A DNA stretch of 32,000 bases from Candidatus Iainarchaeum sp. (GTDB taxonomy: Archaea > Iainarchaeota > Iainarchaeia > Iainarchaeales > JAZDEL01), in the NCBI GenBank assembly GCA_043808785.1, contig JAZDEL010000003.1:30001-62000 (forward strand), in the 5' to 3' direction. This document shows positions 1 to 8,122 of this stretch, in pieces. The position numbers were made by a program, and so were the translations under genes. Below the pieces are notes generated by a model, which saw nothing but the letters and a program-made list of their open reading frames with translations, searched no databases and was not told where the DNA came from. Every line of letters starts with the position of its first letter. The stretch's first letter is position 1.

Positions 1-152
1 TTCTCGACAGCATCCCTTTCCTTTATGCTCGCGCCTATGCCGTAACTTGTTTCAGTGGGGTAAATAATTACCTTCCCCGCCTTAAGTTCCTTAACCGCAA
101 GGCTTACCGCCTTCGCCCCCCCGATATCCTCAATCCTCAATATGATGGTCAT
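1..152 (-). CDS. L-threonylcarbamoyladenylate synthase (Sua5/YrdC/TsaC family), N-terminal fragment; gene runs off the left edge
   Basis: Own translation from ATG at 152: MTIILRIEDIGGAKAVSLAVKELKAGKVIIYPTETSYGIGASIKERDAVE... The YPTETxYGxG block is the family signature. Absent from the ORF track (short, open to the window edge). Confidence 0.6.
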   Translation of the reverse strand, partial: MTIILRIEDIGGAKAVSLAVKELKAGKVIIYPTETSYGIGASIKERDAVE

Positions 153-157
153 TTTTA

Positions 158-697
158 TCACATAAGCCAGCCAATTGCCATGAAATTATACGCCATGTGG
201 GCAAAAATACCCGGGATGATGTTCTTGTTCGCCCTGTACGCGTGCGCAAGCAAGGCACCAAGCACAAACGCACCCAAAATCTCGGCAATTGAGCCGTAAC
301 CAAAGTGCGCAAGGGCAAAAAACGCGGAAGAAACCCAGATTCCGGTTTTCTTTGCCAGAAAACCCCTGAAAAACACCTCCTCGCTAAAAACCCTGACTAT
401 AATCAGGTACCCAAATATATAAATGGGTTGGTTTTTCAGGAAGCCGAGCTTTTCCTGCACAAGGTTAAGGTCGTTCATTCCCGCGATGGTTAACAGCGTT
501 GATAGCGCGGCGGAAACAAGAAAAAGCGCGCAGAAAAGCCACGCGGCATTTTTAATTTCGGTTTTCGGTTCGCGGAAAAACAGCCCGAGTCCGGAAAGAA
601 GCTTCCCCCCGCCCTTAACCTTATCGATAAGCGCCAGGTAAATTAACGGCGCGGCAATAATGAGCCCGTCAAAAAAAACCTGCTCTAGCAAGGTCAA
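158..697 (-). CDS. CPBP-family (CAAX protease/Abi) intramembrane glutamic endopeptidase
   Basis: 179-aa polytopic hydrophobic ORF with CPBP motifs EEVFFRG (EExxxR), FFALAH (FxxxH) and a later conserved His (IFAHMAYN). The codon at 697 reads TTG and there is no nearby in-frame ATG. Confidence 0.75.
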   Translation of the reverse strand: MTLLEQVFFDGLIIAAPLIYLALIDKVKGGGKLLSGLGLFFREPKTEIKNAAWLFCALFLVSAALSTLLTIAGMNDLNLVQEKLGFLKNQPIYIFGYLIIVRVFSEEVFFRGFLAKKTGIWVSSAFFALAHFGYGSIAEILGAFVLGALLAHAYRANKNIIPGIFAHMAYNFMAIGWLM

Positions 698-732
698 TCA
701 TCGCCAGCCATGGTTCGGCAAGGGTGCAATGC

Positions 733-751
733 GCGCAAACGCACTTTGCGC
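733..751 (-). other. GC-rich hairpin (GCGCAAA-5 nt-TTTGCGC) in the rps27ae/CPBP spacer
   Basis: Perfect 7-bp inverted repeat read directly from the sequence. Function unknown (terminator or processing site). Confidence 0.3.
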
Positions 752-810
752 CCAAGCCACATTGGCGCACCCTGTGTGGCAATCATCCGCGCCTTTGCGC
801 GCAAGCGCAG

Positions 811-1026
811 TCATGCCTTCGGCTTCCACTCCGTGAAGCCGCATCTCCCGCAGCTGTCCCTGTCCTTGTGCGAAGCAAGGAACACGCCCGAGCCGCACTT
901 CGGGCACTGCTTCCTGCTCCTGCCTATTGCTCCCCCGTCCATAGTGTAGCACGAGCCCTTCCCCGTTTTTTTCTCCTTCGCTTTCGCCTTTCCCCCGCCA
1001 GCCTTTCCTTTTGCGTCATCCGCCAT
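811..1026 (-). CDS. rps27ae: 30S ribosomal protein S27ae (eS31)
   Basis: 71 aa with the zinc ribbon CPKCGSGVFLASHKDRDSCGRCG typical of S27ae. ATG at 1026. Sits in the conserved S27ae-S24e cluster. Confidence 0.9.
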   Translation of the reverse strand: MADDAKGKAGGGKAKAKEKKTGKGSCYTMDGGAIGRSRKQCPKCGSGVFLASHKDRDSCGRCGFTEWKPKA

Positions 1027-1056
1027 TTACACCACTCCCTGTTTTTGAAATTAATT

Positions 1057-1509
1057 TTATTTCGCTTCCGCTTTCTCCGCAGGCTTTTCCGCACCCGCCT
1101 TTGCAGCCTCTGCTTCGGCCTTTCCCCCGCCAGCGTGCCCAGGCTCGGCAGCCTTTGCCTTGCCTTCCTGCCCGTCATTCTTTGTTGCAGCCGGCGCTGC
1201 CGCTTTCTTCCCCCCTTTCTTCTGCCTGCCCCTGAGCCCGAGGGTGCGGTTTATTACGAACTTTTCCTCAACCGCCTCCATACTCTCCCTGGATGGGTAA
1301 ACAGTTGCCCCGCCCGTAACCCTGTGCTCGCCGAACCTCTCGGTAATGCTCCCCAACGCAATGCTTTCCTCCTTCGCATTGCACAGCGCGGCAAGTTTTG
1401 CCCTTATCTCCTTCCTGCCGGGCGTCTTCACACAGTCCGAAACCTCGAACATGAGTTCCTCCCTGCCTATGAGCGGGTTCTTCACCCTGCCTGTTATTTC
1501 CAGTTTCAT
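1057..1509 (-). CDS. rps24e: 30S ribosomal protein S24e (eS24) with Lys/Ala/Glu-rich C-terminal tail
   Basis: N-terminal ~100 aa (MKLEITGRVKNPLIGREELMFEV...GGATVYPSRESMEAVEEKFVINR) matches S24e. The last ~50 aa are low-complexity K/A/G/E. Confidence 0.9.
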   Translation of the reverse strand: MKLEITGRVKNPLIGREELMFEVSDCVKTPGRKEIRAKLAALCNAKEESIALGSITERFGEHRVTGGATVYPSRESMEAVEEKFVINRTLGLRGRQKKGGKKAAAPAATKNDGQEGKAKAAEPGHAGGGKAEAEAAKAGAEKPAEKAEAK

Positions 1510-1574
1510 TTTTCACACCCCTTGTTTTGGTTTTAATTTTTCGCCGCACAGCGCCGCGCGCACGGCACCGCAGT

Positions 1575-1599
1575 TGCGGCAGCCGCTTCGGCCGCCGCA
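1575..1599 (-). other. Strong GC hairpin in the spt4-rps24e spacer
   Basis: TGCGGCAGCCGCTTCGGCCGCCGCA forms a 10-bp stem (one G-U on the RNA) with a 5-nt loop. It lies inside a 127-nt GC-rich spacer. Confidence 0.3.
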
Positions 1600-1636
1600 G
1601 CAATCCCTGCCTTTGCCTGCGCGCTTTTGCCCTCCC

Positions 1637-1831
1637 TTACCTGCTCAGGCGCAGCGCGTGCATCCCTATCGTATTTATCCCCATCTTCTGCGCAATCTCG
1701 CTTTTCTCGGGGTCGATTATTACAACATAGCCGCGCCAGAAGGTTGTGAAAGAGGTGCTTCCGCACACCGGGCACTTTTCCCCTGTTTCAATTACCTTCC
1801 TGCACTGCCTGCATGCCTTTCCTTTCTGCAT
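1637..1831 (-). CDS. spt4: Transcription elongation factor Spt4 (RpoE'')
   Basis: 64 aa with zinc ribbon CRQC...CPVCGS followed by WRGYVVIIDPEKSEIAQKMGI, the archaeal Spt4 pattern. GGAGGA lies upstream of the ATG. Confidence 0.85.
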   Translation of the reverse strand: MQKGKACRQCRKVIETGEKCPVCGSTSFTTFWRGYVVIIDPEKSEIAQKMGINTIGMHALRLSR

Positions 1832-1955
1832 AATTTATTCCTCCGTTTTAGGTTGCCGCGCCGCCTGCCTTATTTGCCGTGCGCACTTCCTTCTCGGTTT
1901 GCCGCGCAGTTATTGCGCGGGCGTTTCATTCCTTGCCCTTCGCCCCATTGCCTGC

Positions 1956-2618
1956 TTAGGCGGGAGCCTCCTTCCTCGCTGACTGCTTCCTGCTGTCAGC
2001 AGCGCCTTTCCTCTGCGCCTTTTCCTTAACCGCCTTTGCCTGCTGCCTCACATCCCTTTCCGCCCTGGTTACCTTTGTCTTTTCGTCTATCTTCTGCCAT
2101 TCCTCTTTCCCAAGGCCGAGCTGCCTCATTGTAAGCCCTATTTTGGAACTTGCTATGCTGCCCTTCAGGCTTATTGTAACCACGCGCGCAAGCACGTTGT
2201 CGTTCAATTGCAGTTTCTTGGAAGTTTCCTTTCCCACAAAGCCCGGCAGCTTGGGGTCGTAGTTTATGTAATCGTCCATTATCTGGCTCACGTGCACCAA
2301 GCCTTCCACAGGCCCTGTGCGGACGAATGCCCCGAACTCGGTTACTTCGCTTACTGTGCCTTCAACAACTTCATGCATCCTCGGCTTGTAGAGCAGCATC
2401 TTTATTTCCGCGGAGTAATACACTCCGGCATCCCCCGGAACTACCCTGCCCTCGCCCACATTCTCTATCCCTATCACGCTCACGACAACACCCATGTCGT
2501 CGTCGAGCATGCCCTCGTAATCGCCCTGCGCGATTTTGAGGATTGTCTTCTTCAGGTCGCCGCCCAATTCAGCTGGCGGAACCCTCACCGTATCGTTAAC
2601 GCTGTATATTGTGTACAT
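1956..2618 (-). CDS. rpo7: DNA-directed RNA polymerase subunit E' (Rpo7) with S1 domain and basic C-terminal tail
   Basis: 220 aa. An N-terminal Rpo7 fold pattern is followed by an S1 domain (VVEGTVSEVTEFGAFVRTGPVEGLVHVSQI). Conserved position next to spt4. Confidence 0.9.
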   Translation of the reverse strand: MYTIYSVNDTVRVPPAELGGDLKKTILKIAQGDYEGMLDDDMGVVVSVIGIENVGEGRVVPGDAGVYYSAEIKMLLYKPRMHEVVEGTVSEVTEFGAFVRTGPVEGLVHVSQIMDDYINYDPKLPGFVGKETSKKLQLNDNVLARVVTISLKGSIASSKIGLTMRQLGLGKEEWQKIDEKTKVTRAERDVRQQAKAVKEKAQRKGAADSRKQSARKEAPA

Positions 2619-2632
2619 TTTTCCACGCTCCG

Positions 2633-3115
2633 TTATTCAAGTTCCAGAAAGCTTTTTTTCCTTATTAACAGAACCTTTCCCCCGTTTTTTCTTGCCCTTG
2701 CCCTGAGTTCCTTGTCATTGGTTGCGATTATAAACCCTTTTCTTGAGAGTTCGAGCAGCGCCTCGTCCGCCCCCACTGCCCCCGTGCGGCCTGCGGCGGT
2801 TTTCAGCCCCGCGTCCCGCGGTTCCGCGCCGGTTCCTTTCCCGCGCCCTGCGGAAATAACCTTAACCCTTGTGCCCTCGCGCGCGAGTATTTTTTTCGCA
2901 ACCTCAACAGCCTTATGCTCCTTTGCCCCCCTGTCCGCGAGCTTATCCAGTTCGGCAAGCACCTGTTCCGGCACCACAAACTCAACATTCCCGAACATGT
3001 TCCTGCCCCCCTCGAAAACATCGACGCCAAACTGCTCCGCGGCAGCCAGCATGTTCGTGTCTATCGCAACCATTGTAACCACGTTTTTTTTGTTTTTTCC
3101 GTTCCCCGCAACCAT
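2633..3115 (-). CDS. PIN-domain protein (Fcf1/Utp24-like), the conserved neighbour of aIF2-gamma and Rpo7
   Basis: 160 aa with PIN acidic motifs VAIDTNML and IATNDKELRARA. The position between eif2g and rpo7 is conserved in many archaea. Confidence 0.7.
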   Translation of the reverse strand: MVAGNGKNKKNVVTMVAIDTNMLAAAEQFGVDVFEGGRNMFGNVEFVVPEQVLAELDKLADRGAKEHKAVEVAKKILAREGTRVKVISAGRGKGTGAEPRDAGLKTAAGRTGAVGADEALLELSRKGFIIATNDKELRARARKNGGKVLLIRKKSFLELE

Positions 3116-3143
3116 AGCAAAAAACCACTTTCTTTTTTACCCC

Positions 3144-4373
3144 TTACTTCGCGGTTCCATATGCAGCAAGCCTCCAGCCCGTGCTCTCCCTCTTGCTCAC
3201 GGCAAGTTTCTGCCCCTTCTCGCAGACAACGTAATTCTTCAGCGTGATTTCCGCCTCGCTGCCCTTCTTTGCCGTAACGCTCCCAACGCCCATTGCGGTG
3301 CCCACGGAAACAACAACAATATCGCCCTTAATTATTTCCCTGCCTTCGCCCGTAAGCCTCTTGAGCGCTGTAAGTTCCACCTTAAGCATCTTAACCGCAT
3401 CAGGCACCTTTCCCACGTGCCCGATTACCTGCCCCCTCATCTGGTCGTTGCGCGTTATGTTCGGGTCAAGTGAAGTTCCGACAGCAACAAGGCCGCCCGC
3501 AATCGCCTCTCCGAGCTTTCCCGTGCTTGTTGCAAGCTCTGCAACCTTTGTCTTCAGCACCTTCCCCTCAATCCCCGGTTTTATCTCAATCCCATCCCCC
3601 TTCTTAACGCTGCCCTGCACAATGCTTCCGCCGAACACGCCGCCCTTCAGTTTCTCTATTTCCGTGCCGGGCTTGTTCACATCGAAGCTCCTCACAACAT
3701 ACATCCTCAGTTCCTTTTTCAGGTCGCGTTTGGGCGTCGTTATCTCGGTTTCAATCGCCTCGAGGAGCGCGTCGACATTCGTCTGCGAGTGCGCCGCAGT
3801 CGGGATTATTTTCGCATCCGCATAACCGAACTCCGCAAGGAACTTTTTAATCTGCGCGTAATTTTTCATGGCCCCTTCCCTGTCAACCAAATCAACCTTG
3901 TTCTGCGCAACCACTATTTTTTTGGTTCCGCTTATGCTCAGCGCCATCAAATGTTCGGCAGTGCTCGGCTGGGGGCAGGGTTCGTTTGCGGCAATCACAA
4001 GTATGGCGCCGTCCATCAGCGCCGCGCCGCTGAGCATTGTGGCCATCAGCGTTTCGTGCCCCGGGGCATCGACAAAACTTATCCTCCTTTCGAGTTTTCC
4101 CTTTCCCGCGCAGTGTGCGCATTTTTCCTTTGTGCCGTAAGCGGAAGCGCCCTTGCATTTTTCGCATTTGTATATCGAAACATCCGCGTAACCCAACCTT
4201 ATCGAAATCCCGCGCCTGAGCTCCTCGCTGTGCGTGTCCGTCCACTTGCCCGTCATTGCCTCGACAAGCGATGTCTTTCCGTGGTCGACGTGCCCTATTA
4301 CCCCGATGTTTACTTCTGCCTGAATCGAAGGATGCCCCGCGGATTTACTTTCTTTATGTGGCGCAGCCTGCAC
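3144..4373 (-). CDS. eif2g: Translation initiation factor aIF2 gamma subunit
   Basis: 409 aa with the GTPase G1 motif GHVDHGKT, DAPGHE, NKVD, and the zinc knuckle CEKC...CAHC typical of aIF2-gamma. The only in-frame start is GTG at 4373. Confidence 0.95.
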   Translation of the reverse strand: MQAAPHKESKSAGHPSIQAEVNIGVIGHVDHGKTSLVEAMTGKWTDTHSEELRRGISIRLGYADVSIYKCEKCKGASAYGTKEKCAHCAGKGKLERRISFVDAPGHETLMATMLSGAALMDGAILVIAANEPCPQPSTAEHLMALSISGTKKIVVAQNKVDLVDREGAMKNYAQIKKFLAEFGYADAKIIPTAAHSQTNVDALLEAIETEITTPKRDLKKELRMYVVRSFDVNKPGTEIEKLKGGVFGGSIVQGSVKKGDGIEIKPGIEGKVLKTKVAELATSTGKLGEAIAGGLVAVGTSLDPNITRNDQMRGQVIGHVGKVPDAVKMLKVELTALKRLTGEGREIIKGDIVVVSVGTAMGVGSVTAKKGSEAEITLKNYVVCEKGQKLAVSKRESTGWRLAAYGTAK

Positions 4374-4476
4374 AGGTTCGGCGCCAACAGCAACTTTGGC
4401 GGATTTGCCCTTCCCTTTCGCAGCACCCTTTATTTCAGACAGAACATATCACCTTTTCCTTTTTCGATTATTCCCG

Positions 4477-4500
4477 TGCCGCGGCAATTCTGCCGCGGCA
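4477..4500. repeat. Two copies of the 10-bp palindrome TGCCGCGGCA separated by ATTC
   Basis: Read directly from the sequence. Each 10-mer is self-complementary, so the pair can form a 10-bp hairpin with a 4-nt loop. Lies 21 nt downstream of the rps6e stop. Confidence 0.6.
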
Positions 4501-4521
4501 GAGGATTTGCACATTCACTTA

Positions 4522-4962
4522 TCACTTCTTTCCCGCGGCTTCCGCTGCGGCAAGCTCGCCCTTTGCCTTGAGCACAGCCTCCTCCTTTGCGCTGAGTTTC
4601 TTCTCCTCGGTTTCCTTGACTATGAGTTCGTCGAGCTTCTTCCCGCCGTATTTTGTCACTGCAAGGTTCAGCTGCTGCACTTCATCTGTAACCGTGTTGC
4701 CGCGCCTGTTGACGCGCATCCTCACTCCCTTCTTCACATCCGTTGTTATGTAAATCTTTCTCCTTGCGGTGCCCGGCAGGTCCCCTTTTATCGGGAAGCC
4801 CTGCTTGTCGCTGCCCCCTGTTATTTTCGCGCTGTAGCCCTCGAGCCCCACCGCGCTGAGGCTGACTTCCTCCCCAACTTTCTTCCCCATGAAGATTGCG
4901 GGGTTGTCTATTTTCTTCTTGTATCCTTTCGATGTTTTCGGGTCAGAAATAACGATGTGCAT
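4522..4962 (-). CDS. rps6e: 30S ribosomal protein S6e (eS6)
   Basis: 146 aa. KITGGSDKQGFPIKGDLPGTARRKI is the S6e core. AGGAGG precedes the ATG at 4962. Confidence 0.9.
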   Translation of the reverse strand: MHIVISDPKTSKGYKKKIDNPAIFMGKKVGEEVSLSAVGLEGYSAKITGGSDKQGFPIKGDLPGTARRKIYITTDVKKGVRMRVNRRGNTVTDEVQQLNLAVTKYGGKKLDELIVKETEEKKLSAKEEAVLKAKGELAAAEAAGKK

Positions 4963-5006
4963 AGTTTTTCCTCCTAAAGATAATTTTCCGTTTTTTTAAA
5001 TTAATC

Positions 5007-6761
5007 CTAAGCCCCCACCTCTACGGCGATTTCCGCCATTTTTTTAATTTCCAGCACAAGTTCCATCTCGCCCTCGCTCAGTGCGTCCCCCATTTCGCCA
5101 AGCCTCTCCAATTGCCTTGCTGGCAGGAAAGAATAAAGCTCGTCGTTCTCGAAAAGGTTCCTTCCGCAGGTTGCGCCCTTTATGCTTACAGCAACCTCCT
5201 GCCCCTGCTTTGCCTCATCTATGTCCTTTCCGTTGTCCTGCATCCCCTGCACCTTCCCTATTTTCTCCCCGCCCTTTTTCATCAGCTCCACGCCGTTCTT
5301 CAGCCTTCCTGCAAGAATCCTTACGCCGACAATTGCGGGTTTTGTGTTGTGGAATATGCACCCCGGCAAAACCTTCAGTTTCACAGGCATTACCGCGTGC
5401 TGCAGCTTCTCCTCCTTTGCGCTTTCCCTCTCAGCTGCAAGCCATTCATCATATCCCTCTATAAGCCTGTAAATTATTTTCTCGGAAAATACCTTCACAC
5501 CGCTTTTTTTTGCCTCCGCCCCCGCTGCTGCATCAACCTTAACATTGAATGCAAAAACAATTCCCTTGAACCTGTCGCTCGACCTTACAGCCTCGGCCTC
5601 CATTACGTCCCTCTTGCTCACTTCCCCTATGTCGGCTTTCCTCACCTTTATCCCGTGCCCCTCAAGGAGCTTAACAACAGCCTCGAGCGAGCCGAGCGCA
5701 TCAGCCTTAACAACAGGCCCCACTGCTTCGGTGTCAATCTTCGCGCCAAGCACTTCCTTCATTACCTCTTCCTCGCTTCCCGCGTATTTCACAAGGAGCG
5801 GAGAGCCTGCAAGAGCATCCTCAAGCATCGGCGCGGCAATCTTCACACCGCTCGCGGCAACAACGCCCTCAACCCCGCTGAATTTATCCTGCGGGTTCCT
5901 TATTTCCTGCAGGGGCTTGGGCACAAGCAGTGCGCGCACCTTTGTGCTTATCACCCCGTTCTTTCCCGCAAGCACGATTTCATCGCCAATCTTCAAAACG
6001 CCGTCATAAAGTATAACATCAACGGTTTTCCCGAGCCCCTTCTCTTCCTTTACCTCAAGAACAGTCCCGCGCCCCTTTGCGCTTTCCTCTATATGCAGCC
6101 TCTTGTCAAGGTATTTCTGCGAAAGCCCCGCAAGGAACATCAGAACCTCGGGAACCCCGTCCCCGCTCTTAGCGCACACAGGCACAATCGGAATCTCCTT
6201 TGTGAAATCCTTTACCCTGTCGAACCTCTCGCACCTGAACCCTTTCTTATGCATCGCGCCTATGAGTTCATATGTCTTTGTGTCGAGTTCCTCAAGGACA
6301 TCATCCCTCTGTTTCTGCATGCTGTCGCTCACAGCGCCCCCGCTGTTTTGCCAGCCGCGGATTGTGTCTATTTTATTCTGCGCGATTATGAAGGGCGTTT
6401 TGTAACTTTTCAAAACCTCGATTGCCTCATTGGTCTGCTGCTGCAGCCCCTTGTTAACATCAACAACAAGCACGGCCAAATCCGCAATGCTCCCCCCGCG
6501 CTTCCTGAGGTTTGCGAAAGCCTCGTGCCCCGGCGTGTCAATGAACAGCAGGCCGGGTATGCCTATGTTGAATTTGTATTTCTCAATAAGCGCGCCGCTG
6601 AGTTTCCTTATGGTTCCTATCGGCACTTCCGTTGCGCCGATGTGCTGTGTTATGCCGCCCGCTTCCTTCTCCGCGATTGCCGTGCCGCGGATCGCATCAA
6701 GAATTTTCGTTTTGCCGGCATCTACGTGCCCAAGCACCACAATTATCGGCTGCCTTATCAT
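5007..6761 (-). CDS. infB: Translation initiation factor aIF5B (IF-2 homologue)
   Basis: GTPase motifs VLGHVDAGKT, DTPGHEAF and NKID, with the four-domain length of aIF5B. I place the start at Met44 of the track ORF (MIRQPIIVVLGH, ATG at 6761) because the longer ORF overlaps dut. Confidence 0.95.
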   Translation of the reverse strand: MIRQPIIVVLGHVDAGKTKILDAIRGTAIAEKEAGGITQHIGATEVPIGTIRKLSGALIEKYKFNIGIPGLLFIDTPGHEAFANLRKRGGSIADLAVLVVDVNKGLQQQTNEAIEVLKSYKTPFIIAQNKIDTIRGWQNSGGAVSDSMQKQRDDVLEELDTKTYELIGAMHKKGFRCERFDRVKDFTKEIPIVPVCAKSGDGVPEVLMFLAGLSQKYLDKRLHIEESAKGRGTVLEVKEEKGLGKTVDVILYDGVLKIGDEIVLAGKNGVISTKVRALLVPKPLQEIRNPQDKFSGVEGVVAASGVKIAAPMLEDALAGSPLLVKYAGSEEEVMKEVLGAKIDTEAVGPVVKADALGSLEAVVKLLEGHGIKVRKADIGEVSKRDVMEAEAVRSSDRFKGIVFAFNVKVDAAAGAEAKKSGVKVFSEKIIYRLIEGYDEWLAAERESAKEEKLQHAVMPVKLKVLPGCIFHNTKPAIVGVRILAGRLKNGVELMKKGGEKIGKVQGMQDNGKDIDEAKQGQEVAVSIKGATCGRNLFENDELYSFLPARQLERLGEMGDALSEGEMELVLEIKKMAEIAVEVGA

Positions 6762-6792
6762 AACACACACCTTTTGCCTTTTCGGGTTCACA

Positions 6793-7230
6793 TTAAATCC
6801 CCGTAGAGCCAAATCCCCCCGCGTTCCTCGTGGTTCCGCCAAGTTCCTCCACAAACTCAAGTTCCGCTTCCTCCACCTTCGCGAACACAAGTTGCGCGAT
6901 TTTTTTCCCTTTTTCGACCTTGTACTGGGCGCCGCTGTGGTTCATGAGGATAACCCCCACTTCCCCGCGGTAGCACGAATCAACCGTGCCCGGCGTATTC
7001 AGCACGGTTATGCCGTGCTTCAGCGCAAGCCCGCTCTTCGGCCTCACCTGCGCCTCGTAGCCTTTAGGGAGCGCTATCTTAATTCCAGTGCCCACGAGTT
7101 TCCTTTCCCCAGCGTTCACTGTAACATCCTCGCGCGCGTAAAGGTCTATGCCCGAGTCACCTTCATGCTCGTACGCAAGTTTGGGTAAGCCGTCCCACAG
7201 CTTCTGGACTCTGACAGTTAATTTGCTCAT
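6793..7230 (-). CDS. dut: dUTP diphosphatase, classical homotrimeric Dut type
   Basis: 145 aa with the five Dut motifs (GDSGIDLYA, RPKSGLALKHGI, GTVDSCYRGEVGVILMN, KIAQLVF, GGFGSTG). GGAGGA lies 9 nt upstream of the ATG. Confidence 0.85.
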   Translation of the reverse strand: MSKLTVRVQKLWDGLPKLAYEHEGDSGIDLYAREDVTVNAGERKLVGTGIKIALPKGYEAQVRPKSGLALKHGITVLNTPGTVDSCYRGEVGVILMNHSGAQYKVEKGKKIAQLVFAKVEEAELEFVEELGGTTRNAGGFGSTGI

Positions 7231-7305
7231 TTATTTTCATCCTCCGCGCGGCAAACCCGCGAACCATCGCGCGAACCCACGCATTTCATTTATTTTCATC
7301 CTCCG
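7227..7305 (-). repeat. Exact 20-nt direct repeat (7227-7246 and 7286-7305) bracketing a 39-nt GC-rich insert at the ndk/dut junction
   Basis: Minus-strand CGGAGGATGAAAATAAATGA occurs twice, 59 nt apart. One copy is the ndk 3' end plus stop; the other is the dut SD plus ATG. Confidence 0.85.
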
Positions 7306-7750
7306 AATACATCCACCTTGCGGAACATTTCTCGTACTCATGCAGTTCCCCCGCTTTGAAGAACCTCTTTATTTCCTTCTCCGCCGTTTCTTTGCTGTCC
7401 GAAGCGTGCACCAAATTCGCCTGCGTGCTCACGGAGAAATCACCGCGGATTGTTCCCGCCTCCGCGTTCCTTCCGTTCGTCGCTCCGCACATTTTCCTCA
7501 CTACATCTGCCGCATCCTTGCCCTCGAGTGCGAGGAAAATGCAGGGCGCCCCTGACATGAACTTCACAAGCCCCGGAAAAAACGGCTTCTCCCTGTGGTG
7601 CGCGTAGTGCTCGCCCAGCATTTCCTTTCCCAGCGTTTCCATTTTAATTCCCGCGATTTTGAGGCCCTTTGCCTCGAACCTCGCGATTATTTTTCCCGCA
7701 AGGTCGCGGTTCATTGCGTCGGGCTTGATTATTACCAGAGTGCGCTCCAC
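7286..7750 (-). CDS. ndk: Nucleoside diphosphate kinase
   Basis: ERTLVIIKPDA...NLVHASDS (active-site His) is canonical Ndk. I favour the GTG at 7750, which is preceded by GGTGAT and gives the usual M-ERT N-terminus. Alternative starts: ATG at 7792, or 7882 (track ORF). Confidence 0.85.
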   Translation of the reverse strand: MERTLVIIKPDAMNRDLAGKIIARFEAKGLKIAGIKMETLGKEMLGEHYAHHREKPFFPGLVKFMSGAPCIFLALEGKDAADVVRKMCGATNGRNAEAGTIRGDFSVSTQANLVHASDSKETAEKEIKRFFKAGELHEYEKCSARWMYSEDENK

Positions 7751-7882
7751 AGAATCACCTCTTTTTCCCCTTGCCCGCTTGCGATCGGGCATGCCGCGTG
7801 CCGCTTCGCGATTCTGCCTCTGGCAGAATGCGCGCATTCGGCTCAAGCCGAATAGCGTCAGCGGCACTAGCCTGCACTGCAC

Positions 7883-8122
7883 TCATTTCTTACCCCTCTT
7901 TTTCCCCTTGCTTTCCTCTCCGCCTTCCGCGTGCTTCTTCCCCTGCGCCTTCAGCGCCACGGCCTTTGCGGTCCACCTTGTCCTTGCGGGCGAGCGCCCG
8001 AGCTTCAGCAGGTTCTTGTTGCACTTGTTCGAGCAGAAGTAGAACGCGGTGCCGTCCTTCTTCACATATATCCTGCCGCTGCCGTGCGGTATTTCCAGGT
8101 CACAGAACGAACATTTCACCAT
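7883..8122 (-). CDS. rpl24e: 50S ribosomal protein L24e (eL24)
   Basis: MVKCSFCDLEIPHGSGRIYVKKDGTAFYFCSNKCNKN is the L24e zinc-ribbon signature. Start taken at ATG 8122 (Met21 of the track ORF). Confidence 0.9.
   Translation of the reverse strand: MVKCSFCDLEIPHGSGRIYVKKDGTAFYFCSNKCNKNLLKLGRSPARTRWTAKAVALKAQGKKHAEGGEESKGKKRGKK

Noticed and set aside
4374-4440. Possible uORF (GGTGAT-ATG TTC TGT CTG AAA TAA) and a -1 frameshift into an extended K/G/A-rich N-terminus of aIF2-gamma.
   Set aside because: The GTG at 4373 already gives a full-length protein beginning just before the G domain. The SD-to-ATG spacing of the uORF is essentially zero. There is no canonical slippery heptamer. This is pure speculation without data.
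5112-6806. Very long plus-strand ORFs antisense to real genes: 2208-3473, 5112-6806, 7771-8859, 18337-19533, 28095-29426 and many shorter ones.
   Set aside because: Each lies entirely opposite a confidently identified conserved minus-strand gene. Their translations are low-complexity (S/P/L/F/C-rich) with no recognisable motifs. Such shadow ORFs are expected when the sense strand avoids the codons TTA, CTA and TCA.
6762-6890. 43-aa N-terminal extension of the infB ORF (MCSRRWRKRNLSLW...).
   Set aside because: It overlaps the 3' end of dut and has an atypical composition. aIF5B normally begins just before the G1 motif, which fits the ATG at 6761.
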